DNA of 37,628 nucleotides from a virus. Its lineage: Duplodnaviria > Caudoviricetes. The notes under the pieces are model-generated. The model was not told the DNA's origin and did no database searches. It worked only from the letters and a program-made list of their open reading frames with translations. This document shows, in pieces, positions 27,163 through 34,629 of this stretch. A program made the position numbers and the translations under genes. The stretch's first letter is position 1. The number at the start of each line of letters is the position of its first letter. Location of the stretch: the IMG/VR virus record IMGVR_UViG_3300027892_001207, positions 1-37,628 of that record. One strand, given 5' to 3'.

Positions 27163-28427
27163 ATTAAGTCCTGCATCTCTGGGAATGTTTTTATAAAGGA
27201 GGTTTGTCTTCTTCGATCGTGCTCATTAACAAATTTTAAAAATTCTGTTAGATTAGTTTGTTCAGTAGTAACAAATAATTCTAGTATTCGTTCTAGTTCA
27301 TTAATTTCATTTGCAGTAAATCGGTTTCTTTTCATGTAAACAATTTGACTATTAATATAGTCACTGTATGTTTTAGGCAATACCCATATTGATAGAAAAT
27401 TAGGATTACGCAAGTAACTAGTTGATAAACTCACTCGACTGAACCACTTTCGACCTTTGAGCGTATTAATGTCTTTTAAAAACAGTTCGTATGTAGTAAC
27501 ACTAAATGCATTATAAGTTGCCATTATATCTAGTTTAACATCTGGTATTGAATTTAATATTTTATAACAATTATCGAGCCAAGTATCGTACTGTAGTCCA
27601 TTCCGTGCATATTCAGCCGCATGGCTGTATGCTTCACAGCTCGTGTGGATTGTTAATTTTTTAACTTTTAATTGTTTTGCTTTGCTAATAAATTTATCCA
27701 ACACATGGCAATCGGCCATTAAGTTACTGTTGATACTAAGCTCTAGATTAGTATTAGGATTACTAATAATATAGTCTAACACTTTGAAAGTGTTCTTGCT
27801 TAGTAGCGGCTCTCCGCCTGTTATTCTAAAAGTATGTAAGCTAGGATATAGATCAGGCCACCACTGCCAAAACGCATCAATATAAGGATTGTGTTCACGG
27901 TTTGGAATAATATAAGTTTGTTGGTAATGATTTGTAGAATCATCTGGCCATGGACCGTATCGATTAATCTCATCCATCCATTTACTGCTATTTGTAGGAC
28001 CGCAATAACTACATTTTAAATTACATACATTGTCAAAACTAATTTCAAGATATTTCGGATTACTTCCGTTAGCACCTTGTGTTAAGATTTCTTTGAAGAA
28101 CGGGCGTGACCAATTTGTAAAACTCTTTGTTATGCGATCACTTAAACTATTACTAGAGTCTTCAACTTTCCAACAATAATCACATTCTGTAGGACGAATA
28201 CCTTCTAGCATAAGCTGACGTTGTTGTTTTTTATATTTTGTATTATGTAATGCACTTACATCAATTTTGATTTCATCTACGGGTATATGATGTGGACCAG
28301 GATGATGACAACTGTGTGTCATACCGGAACCTAAGTAAATGTTAGATTGTGTCCATTTAGCCAAACAAAGACTAGGACTAATAGTGTCTAGTTTTTTCTT
28401 GTGCTGTAATCGGAACCATTTCCACAT
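27159..28427 (-). CDS. radical SAM enzyme with N-terminal Twitch-like Cys domain
   Basis: LCLAKW...HSCHH...ECDYC, then DNVCNLKCSYC, ITGGEP, INSNL. Confidence 0.9.
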   Translation of the reverse strand: MWKWFRLQHKKKLDTISPSLCLAKWTQSNIYLGSGMTHSCHHPGPHHIPVDEIKIDVSALHNTKYKKQQRQLMLEGIRPTECDYCWKVEDSSNSLSDRITKSFTNWSRPFFKEILTQGANGSNPKYLEISFDNVCNLKCSYCGPTNSSKWMDEINRYGPWPDDSTNHYQQTYIIPNREHNPYIDAFWQWWPDLYPSLHTFRITGGEPLLSKNTFKVLDYIISNPNTNLELSINSNLMADCHVLDKFISKAKQLKVKKLTIHTSCEAYSHAAEYARNGLQYDTWLDNCYKILNSIPDVKLDIMATYNAFSVTTYELFLKDINTLKGRKWFSRVSLSTSYLRNPNFLSIWVLPKTYSDYINSQIVYMKRNRFTANEINELERILELFVTTEQTNLTEFLKFVNEHDRRRQTSFIKTFPEMQDLI

Positions 28428-29401
28428 TATAATTTACACTTTGGTATTTTGCTGTCTGCCGAGCTAACACAGCTAGGTGTGATACAGCGAGTAGGTTCCT
28501 TAAATAATTCAAAACTATCTAATGTGCCTAATGGTACATCATGACAACTATAACTTCTTTTAACGTCATTACCTCTTATTATAACACTTTGATAGCCAGC
28601 ATTACAAGTCCAATTGGTAAATTTATTAAATCCAAAAGCATTGAACCTTTCTGCTTGGTCAAACAAATGTTCGGTACCATCTGCTTCGTATAGGGCAATT
28701 TGGTAGGTGTCTTCACCGTTGGCACGTTGCGGAAACCCTTCACGCATCTTGTGTATCATATCTTCTGTATAACCTTCAACAACCGCACTCGCTGTAGGAT
28801 CGCTTTGTGGCTTGAGTGTTACATTAATTCCACGGGCATGGAATCGTTCCATACGAGCATACAACTCATCGAACTTCTCAGGTACCATTACTTGGTTTAT
28901 TGTAACGTGTACCAGTTCGTACATCAACTGTAAACATTTATCACCAAACTCTTGTTCTTTGGCAAACTCATCGTGGAATGATGCTGTGATACTACGGCGC
29001 TGTAATAGCGCAGTATTGGCACACCAAGTGTTCCACCATTTGCTACCAGGACTTAGGTTAGTGGTCATATGGATACTTTGATAAGGACTTTCGATTTCGT
29101 CCAAGTGTTTTACCAAATCTGGAAACTGTTTATACGCTGTTGGTTCGCCGCCACTGAAGCTCCAATGAAATTCGGTAAACCCATTGGCTCGTGCTTGACG
29201 CTTAATCTCATCCACTGTAGCTGTATACACTTCCAGCGGTTGATGATCCACTTTATCACTACGAGCATATGGCCAGCAGTAACTACAATTATAATTACAA
29301 AATCTACCCAAAATCCAACTGGTAGAAAATAATGGTTTGGCTAGCATGGTGCGTTGCCCAAACCGTACAATATTTTGGAAAGGAATGGTTGAAAAGCTCA
29401 T
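28427..29401 (-). CDS. radical SAM enzyme with C-terminal Twitch-like domain
   Basis: GRFCNYNCSYC, FSGGEPT, MTTN, WTCNAG...YSC...CITPSC..AD. Confidence 0.9.
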   Translation of the reverse strand: MSFSTIPFQNIVRFGQRTMLAKPLFSTSWILGRFCNYNCSYCWPYARSDKVDHQPLEVYTATVDEIKRQARANGFTEFHWSFSGGEPTAYKQFPDLVKHLDEIESPYQSIHMTTNLSPGSKWWNTWCANTALLQRRSITASFHDEFAKEQEFGDKCLQLMYELVHVTINQVMVPEKFDELYARMERFHARGINVTLKPQSDPTASAVVEGYTEDMIHKMREGFPQRANGEDTYQIALYEADGTEHLFDQAERFNAFGFNKFTNWTCNAGYQSVIIRGNDVKRSYSCHDVPLGTLDSFELFKEPTRCITPSCVSSADSKIPKCKL

Positions 29402-29429
29402 TGACAGTATTTACAAATAAGTATATAAT
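29401..29429 (+). promoter_or_regulatory. consensus sigma70 promoter for the tRNA-like RNA, overlapping a minus-strand TAAATA
   Basis: TTGACA (29401-29406), 17 nt, TATAAT (29424-29429). On the minus strand TAAATA (29408-29413) sits 6 nt before the ATG at 29401. Confidence 0.8.
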
Positions 29430-29435
29430 ACAATG

Positions 29436-29553
29436 GTAGACGTGAGTGGAACATGGTATACCTCCTCCTAGTAAGCTGACCCCCAGCTGAACGGAGGGAA
29501 CTGGCCTTGCCCTTAGGGTGGCTTTGTAGGTTCGAATCCTACCGTCTACACCA
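29436..29553 (+). ncRNA. tRNA-like RNA (118 nt) with a type II (Leu-like) body and a non-canonical anticodon arm
   Basis: 7-bp acceptor stem GTAGACG/CGTCTAC with A73 and encoded CCA; T arm GTAGG-TTCGAAT-CCTAC; D region GTGGAACATGGTATAC; long variable arm with CC-TTAG-GG. The anticodon arm is an extended helix with no 7-nt loop. Confidence 0.8.
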
Positions 29554-29581
29554 TTTTTAACACAGGCACAGAAAGGCAGTT

Positions 29582-29920
29582 ATGAAGAAAGTAATAGCAA
29601 TGATGGCAATGTTGGTGTCTATCAATGCATCCGCCGAAATGGAAAAGGATGCATATGACATATGGCCCCTGCATCAATTGATGACAACTTCGACTACTAT
29701 TACTCTTGTTCGAGCACGGGACGTAGATGAAGTGCGAGAGATATGCAACAAGGAAAGCGTTCGCCGAGGTAAGGGAAGATTTGGGCATAAGATCGATGCT
29801 TGTTCTTTTTGGGACAAATCATCACGCGGACATGTCTGTACGATCGTAGTTCCAGTTTGGACTAATAATGACGCTTTCGGACACGAAGCACGACATTGTT
29901 TTCAAGGAAGTTTCCATTAA
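29582..29920 (+). CDS. secreted protein with an HExxH motif
   Basis: Signal peptide MKKVIAMMAMLVSINASA; FGHEARHCF; GAAAGG RBS. Confidence 0.65.
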   Translation: MKKVIAMMAMLVSINASAEMEKDAYDIWPLHQLMTTSTTITLVRARDVDEVREICNKESVRRGKGRFGHKIDACSFWDKSSRGHVCTIVVPVWTNNDAFGHEARHCFQGSFH

Positions 29921-30474
29921 TGAAAAAAGTAGCAAGTAGCCCTGAACGTAATACCTTCCAAAAAGAAGGTGCAATCCGTCGGGCAGAAGAAGCCGGCGAA
30001 GAGCCTAATCAAGACTACCTTGACTGGTGGGATCAGATCAAGATTGACGATGCCAACAAGATCCACGATCCTGCTTGGCAAAAAAACAACATGGAATACG
30101 ATCTCCGTAGTAGCAAAGAACTGTGCGATAAAGCAAAAGCCAGCGAAAACTATGCTCAAAACTTGTATGCGGCCATGTGCAATATGACTTGGCAAAGCAG
30201 AGAGTTTTGGCAAGAGTTAAAAGGTGAAACTTGGAGTTGCAGTTGGCGCCATAGTGGCGGTATAATTGCCGACATGCGTGAACAAGGTGACTACATTGAT
30301 TGGTACTGTAGTGGTATTGGCAATGCAGAACTAGGCAACGGATTAGACGGTACTGTACCAGACATTACTGATGGTCGAGACTATGTGCCAGAAGGTGTTG
30401 TAACTGAAGAAATTGAATTGGATTTAAATCGATTGGGGTGGCGTCCTGTTCCCTGGGAAGATGATGACAACTAA
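29920..30474 (+). CDS. hypothetical phage protein
   Basis: TAATG-coupled start (MKKVASS); motif YAQNLYAAMCN...WSCSWR...DWYCSG. Confidence 0.7.
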   Translation: MKKVASSPERNTFQKEGAIRRAEEAGEEPNQDYLDWWDQIKIDDANKIHDPAWQKNNMEYDLRSSKELCDKAKASENYAQNLYAAMCNMTWQSREFWQELKGETWSCSWRHSGGIIADMREQGDYIDWYCSGIGNAELGNGLDGTVPDITDGRDYVPEGVVTEEIELDLNRLGWRPVPWEDDDN

Positions 30475-30486
30475 AGTAAATACATT

Positions 30487-30663
30487 ATGACAAAATTAAC
30501 TTATACCGTAGAAGAATTATTTGAAGACATTCCGGACGATCCTGAAAATGTCATATTTAAGATTCCCCCAGCTATCTGCGAAGCGCAGGGATGGGTAGAA
30601 GGCGACACAATTAACATTAAAGTAGAAGACGGTGCCATGGTACTGTCCAAGGTAAATGGCTAA
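30487..30663 (+). CDS. AbrB/MazE/SpoVT-like DNA-binding protein, 58 aa (not in ORF track)
   Basis: VIFKIPPAICEAQGWVEGDTINIKVEDGAMVLSK fits the swapped-hairpin IPxxxxxxxGxxxGD pattern; TAAATA at 30477-30482 just upstream. Confidence 0.65.
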   Translation: MTKLTYTVEELFEDIPDDPENVIFKIPPAICEAQGWVEGDTINIKVEDGAMVLSKVNG

Positions 30664-30874
30664 AGACGACATTATTGAATTAACTGGCCAAGTTGAGGAA
30701 GTATTACCCGGTAACATGTTTAGAGTTAAAGTGGCAAATGTGCCAAATACTTTATTGTGTTACATGGGTGGAAAATTAAAACAACACAAGATTAGAATTA
30801 TCCTCGGAGATAATGTAAAGATTGAAGTTAGTCCATATGACTTAACTAAGGGTAGAGTAACTTATAGGCTGTGA
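30656..30874 (+). CDS. infA: translation initiation factor IF-1
   Basis: MAKDDIIELTGQVEEVLPGNMFRV...GKL...IRIILGDNVKIEVSPYDLTKGRVTYR, 72 aa, canonical IF-1. Confidence 0.95.
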   Translation: MAKDDIIELTGQVEEVLPGNMFRVKVANVPNTLLCYMGGKLKQHKIRIILGDNVKIEVSPYDLTKGRVTYRL

Positions 30875-31545
30875 CTATGAATAGTATAATGGAAACTGTT
30901 TGCTCGGTTTGTAATAATGTTAGAAGTAACAGCAGACACGGCGTAAGTTTCCAGAATTTACTAACCATGTTGCGTAGAGAATTTAGAGAACACGGATTTG
31001 ATCTTAAATTAAAATCCGATAGGCGCAAGCATTTAGGTGCAGAAGAATTTTATGTTAACGCATACTATGATGCTGAAGACGATCAAAATAACGAAACGCC
31101 AATCGAAGTTATTATACATCACAACTTTGAAAAACAATCAGTATGGGATCAAAAACAAACCACTGATTTATTAATTCAGATTTTTGATGCTACTGTACAC
31201 GAATATAAACATCAACGACAAAGTAAGAAACGTAAACACATCGTTTACTCTAATCACAACAAAAGCCCGTACGATGCCTACTTAGCAGACCCAGATGAGA
31301 TTGATGCTTATGCTATTAGTATAGCCATCGAACTGTGTCGTAATTTGGGGAAATATCGGACATTGCGCTACCTGCCCAAATTTCAAACATTAGGCCGACT
31401 CAAGTTCAATGAGAAATATGTAAGCCCGCAACTGGCGGCATATTTTGGACAGTTTGATAATTTAAAACACCCTGTGCTACGTATACTAGCCAAAAAGGTT
31501 TATGTAAGATTAATGAAGGTTGACACAGACTTCATTTTCATGTAA
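30871..31545 (+). CDS. hypothetical protein with an HExxH zincin-like motif
   Basis: ATVHEYKHQRQ and a downstream YLADPDEIDAYA. Confidence 0.6.
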   Translation: MTMNSIMETVCSVCNNVRSNSRHGVSFQNLLTMLRREFREHGFDLKLKSDRRKHLGAEEFYVNAYYDAEDDQNNETPIEVIIHHNFEKQSVWDQKQTTDLLIQIFDATVHEYKHQRQSKKRKHIVYSNHNKSPYDAYLADPDEIDAYAISIAIELCRNLGKYRTLRYLPKFQTLGRLKFNEKYVSPQLAAYFGQFDNLKHPVLRILAKKVYVRLMKVDTDFIFM

Positions 31546-31548
31546 AAT
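31520..31548 (+). promoter_or_regulatory. sigma70-like promoter
   Basis: TTGACA (31520-31525), 17 nt, TAAAAT (31543-31548), upstream of the ATG at 31581. Confidence 0.65.
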
Positions 31549-31580
31549 ACAAAGTATATTAACTCACTTAGCGAGCGAGC

Positions 31581-32273
31581 ATGTCCAAAAAAGAGTTTCC
31601 AACCCAACAAGTTCTAGAGCTAGCTTGTGCGGCACAACGGATAAATGGTGCTTATATTAAAGAGGATGCACCAGTGTATTCGGAAGATGGTGCGTTCATG
31701 TATCTCAAACATACTAATAAGATACAGATGCTCTGCACACTTGAGCCGGCAATTTGGACTGCGGATCCAAAAGATGCACCTATGCCACTTCGAGTATTGC
31801 CTGAAGATGTTGTGCTGGCAGAAGAGATCCGCAAGTATTTTCGTAAATTCTTGTTTAGTGCTATTGAAGGCGAAAACGAGTTTCAAACAAACATAAACAC
31901 AATTTTATCCGGTGATACAGTTAAACAAAATCAATTTGGATATGTAGCTTGTTTGCCCAGTGTTTATGTAAGAGACGTTGCACAAACCAAAGTTAAACGA
32001 GCGGCTAAGGCTGTCGAAGAAGGCTATTTAGGAGAAGTAGGTAGCAACCTTAAAGATTTAGATGCTGAAATTATTTCTTCAGTTAAGTCAAAAAACTTTG
32101 AAGGTTATAATATTGATGCTATAATAAACAATAGAATGGCGTCTTGGCTCAATAAGACAAACCTTAATCTAGGTGCTTGCATTATTGTTAAAGCAAAGAT
32201 CAAGGATCATACGAAACACTGGAAGCATCAAAATGATGTTACTAGACTTAATTATGTAAAGGCGGCACAATAA
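31581..32273 (+). CDS. hypothetical phage protein, possible C-terminal OB fold
   Basis: 230-aa ORF; C-terminal IVKAKIKDH...TRLNYVK strand pattern. Confidence 0.65.
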   Translation: MSKKEFPTQQVLELACAAQRINGAYIKEDAPVYSEDGAFMYLKHTNKIQMLCTLEPAIWTADPKDAPMPLRVLPEDVVLAEEIRKYFRKFLFSAIEGENEFQTNINTILSGDTVKQNQFGYVACLPSVYVRDVAQTKVKRAAKAVEEGYLGEVGSNLKDLDAEIISSVKSKNFEGYNIDAIINNRMASWLNKTNLNLGACIIVKAKIKDHTKHWKHQNDVTRLNYVKAAQ

Positions 32274-32447
32274 ATGGCAGGTAAAGCAAAATCGGTTTAC
32301 TTAACAGTAACTAAAAAAGGTTCAATGAAGACAGAGTTTCACCGAATGTTTTTCGATGCTAAGTCTTACAATGAATATGTTAAGTCAGACGAGTTTAAAG
32401 CCAAGTGGCCTGATACCGAATACCAAATTGTAAAAGAGACCTATTAA
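32274..32447 (+). CDS. hypothetical protein, 57 aa (not in ORF track)
   Basis: MAGKAKSVYLTVTKKGSMKTEFHRMFFDAKSYNEYVKSDEFKAKWPDTEYQIVKETY fills the gap between its neighbours. Confidence 0.7.
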   Translation: MAGKAKSVYLTVTKKGSMKTEFHRMFFDAKSYNEYVKSDEFKAKWPDTEYQIVKETY

Positions 32448-32448
32448 A

Positions 32449-33063
32449 ATGAAACAAGAACTAGATAAACTGTTGTGTGAGAAGTATCCAAAGATGATGG
32501 TTAACCGCAACAAGCCCATGCAGGAAACTTGTATGTGTTGGGGATTTGAATGTGGCGATGGCTGGTTCAATATCCTGGATCAGCTTATGGGTAATATTCA
32601 ACATCACATTGACTGGAAAGAGAAACAGCGTATTGGTGCTATCAAATACAACGAAATGGCCACACAAGCAAAGGCTGGTAACTTTGACCTGTTTGAAGAA
32701 GATATGAAAGCCTTGCCTAATGACGAGTACAAAGAAAAACGTCTAGCGGAAATTGTTGCTGGAGACTTTAGAAAAGTGCCAGAGTCTATTCCACAAGTGA
32801 CGTTGGATCAAGTTAAAGAAAAGTTTGGTACACTGAGATTTTATTACTCAGGTGGTGATGACTACATCAGTGGTATGGTATCGTTGGCAGAGAGCATGAC
32901 CGGAGTCACTTGCGAAAGCTGTGGCAACATTGGTGAACGCCGAGGTGGCGGTTGGGTGCATACATATTGTACACCGTGTGAAGAAGCACGTGAACTAGCA
33001 CGTAACAAACTAGATGAAGAATACGAATTTAAAAAAATACTTAAAGAAGGAAACGAGCAATGA
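32449..33063 (+). CDS. hypothetical phage protein with a zinc-ribbon-like C-terminus
   Basis: ECGDGW, QVKEKFGTLRFYY, TCESCG...YCTPC. Confidence 0.7.
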   Translation: MKQELDKLLCEKYPKMMVNRNKPMQETCMCWGFECGDGWFNILDQLMGNIQHHIDWKEKQRIGAIKYNEMATQAKAGNFDLFEEDMKALPNDEYKEKRLAEIVAGDFRKVPESIPQVTLDQVKEKFGTLRFYYSGGDDYISGMVSLAESMTGVTCESCGNIGERRGGGWVHTYCTPCEEARELARNKLDEEYEFKKILKEGNEQ

Positions 33064-33920
33064 GAATAAAGTTAGTCAGTGATCTCCATTTAGAGTTCAG
33101 TGATGTTAACATTCAAAACGATCAGGACTATGATGTTTTGATCCTCGGTGGTGATATTTGTATTGCTCAGGATCTTCACGACCATCCTGAGCCTGCTAAC
33201 ACTGCTGATCAAGCCGCTATTGCTAACGGTACTGGCTTGGGTCGTAGACAGTTGACAGCACAGCGTTTTAGAGATTTCTTCAAGCGTTGCAGTTTTCAGT
33301 TCCCACATGTTATTTACATCATGGGCAATCACGAATTCTACAATGGCAAATTCTATGCTGGTATTGAATACATGCGTGAAGAGTGCGCTAAGTACCCTAA
33401 CGTGTATATGTTAGAGCAAGATACTAAGATCATTGATGATGTAGTGTTTGTAGGTGGAACATTGTGGACCAACATGAACAAACGTGATCCACTTACGATG
33501 CATGCCATTGAAGGTATGATGAACGACTTCCGCATCATTCGTAATGATGCTAGGAACTATGCTCCTATGAGTGCGTTGGATGTTGCTATTCGTCACGACA
33601 AGACTCTTGCCTACATCGAGCACATTGTCCATGTACATAAGAATAAGAAGTGTGTGGTAGTTGGACATCACAGTCCTAGTTTCCAAAGTGCTCATCCAAT
33701 GTATGCACACGAAACATTAATGAATGGTGGCTACCACAGTGACCTAAGTGAGTTCATCTTGGATCATCCTCAGATTGTGTTATGGACTCACGGACACACC
33801 CATCATCCGTTCGATTATGTCATCGGTGAGACTAGAGTAGTATGTAACCCTCGTGGTTACCAAAACGACGGTTACAGCGAAAATACAGGCTGGAACCCAA
33901 ATATTTTATTGGAGATTTAA
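33060..33920 (+). CDS. calcineurin-like metallophosphoesterase
   Basis: SDLH, GGDI, GNHE, HHSP, HGHTH, NPRGY. Confidence 0.9.
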   Translation: MRIKLVSDLHLEFSDVNIQNDQDYDVLILGGDICIAQDLHDHPEPANTADQAAIANGTGLGRRQLTAQRFRDFFKRCSFQFPHVIYIMGNHEFYNGKFYAGIEYMREECAKYPNVYMLEQDTKIIDDVVFVGGTLWTNMNKRDPLTMHAIEGMMNDFRIIRNDARNYAPMSALDVAIRHDKTLAYIEHIVHVHKNKKCVVVGHHSPSFQSAHPMYAHETLMNGGYHSDLSEFILDHPQIVLWTHGHTHHPFDYVIGETRVVCNPRGYQNDGYSENTGWNPNILLEI

Positions 33921-34091
33921 ATGAGTGGACAAAAAGAAGTGTCAGTAAGTGAAATGCTTAAACTAACAGGTGCAAACACTGCCGAGTTTATGAAACAGGT
34001 TGCTGATCATATTGATAAACTTGAAGAACGCATTACTGCACTAGACAATCGTGTAAAACAGTTTGAAAGCCAAAATGACGACTTTAAATGA
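33921..34091 (+). CDS. small coiled-coil protein, 56 aa (not in ORF track)
   Basis: MSGQKEVSVSEMLKLTG...HIDKLEERITALDNRVKQFE; GGAG RBS upstream. Confidence 0.6.
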   Translation: MSGQKEVSVSEMLKLTGANTAEFMKQVADHIDKLEERITALDNRVKQFESQNDDFK

Positions 34092-34392
34092 AAAAGACAC
34101 TAGGTTATTTAAAAAATGGCTCAAGAGTCATTTAGCTTTCGGATCAGTGACTGTTGTCTTTACCAAAAAAGATGGAACTGAACGAGTGATGGAATGTACA
34201 ACCAGCCCTTCACTTGTTCCGTTTGTTGAAGAACCGATACACATAACCAACACCGACAATCCCATCGATTTTCCTACACCAAAAAAGGAAAAGAAAATCA
34301 ATGAGGATGTTATGCCAGTATATGACTTAGAGTCCAAAGCATGGAAGAGCTTTCGATGGGATTCAATTAAACAAGTGAGACTTATATTATGA
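34075..34392 (+). CDS. WYL_2/DUF2693-like SH3-fold protein
   Basis: VVFTKKDGTERVMECT...VYDLESKAWKSFRWDSI. Confidence 0.7.
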   Translation: MTTLNEKDTRLFKKWLKSHLAFGSVTVVFTKKDGTERVMECTTSPSLVPFVEEPIHITNTDNPIDFPTPKKEKKINEDVMPVYDLESKAWKSFRWDSIKQVRLIL

Positions 34393-34628
34393 GTACAATT
34401 ATACGACACAGCGATAATTGTTTAGTTGAACAAGTTGCATCCAAACGACAAATTGAAGCAGTTGTCCAAAACTTTAGTGAAAATGAACTACTTCATGTTA
34501 TAATAAACAAAAGCGTAAAACTTAGTATGAGATGGAATGGCAAATGTTACGAAGGTCGTGCCGCTGGTATGGACTTTACCAGTGCAGGCCCGTCTATGTC
34601 AAAAACTCAAACAGCATCAAGAGGGTAG
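34389..34628 (+). CDS. hypothetical protein, 79 aa
   Basis: ATGA-coupled ORF within the operon. Confidence 0.6.
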   Translation: MSTIIRHSDNCLVEQVASKRQIEAVVQNFSENELLHVIINKSVKLSMRWNGKCYEGRAAGMDFTSAGPSMSKTQTASRG

Positions 34629-34629
34629 C

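Noticed and set aside
3454-29401. Short RiPP precursor peptide inside the cluster
   Set aside because: The only gaps (5416-5484 and 21064-21103) are too small and hold promoter motifs. A precursor outside the window remains possible.
15890-29401. Standard queuosine / 7-deazaguanine operon (queC, queE)
   Set aside because: No queD, folE or tgt/dpdA recognised, and the radical SAMs carry auxiliary Cys domains unlike QueE, so no gene symbols were assigned.
29464-29497. Ordinary tRNA-Tyr(GTA) or tRNA-Leu(TAG) with an intron
   Set aside because: Neither reading has the conserved U before the anticodon, the insert is far too short for a self-splicing intron, and I see no bulge-helix-bulge. Not fully excluded without RNA data.
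29436-29553. tmRNA or tRNA-Sec
   Set aside because: No G3-U70 pair or tag reading frame; no TCA anticodon, and the acceptor stem is 7 bp.
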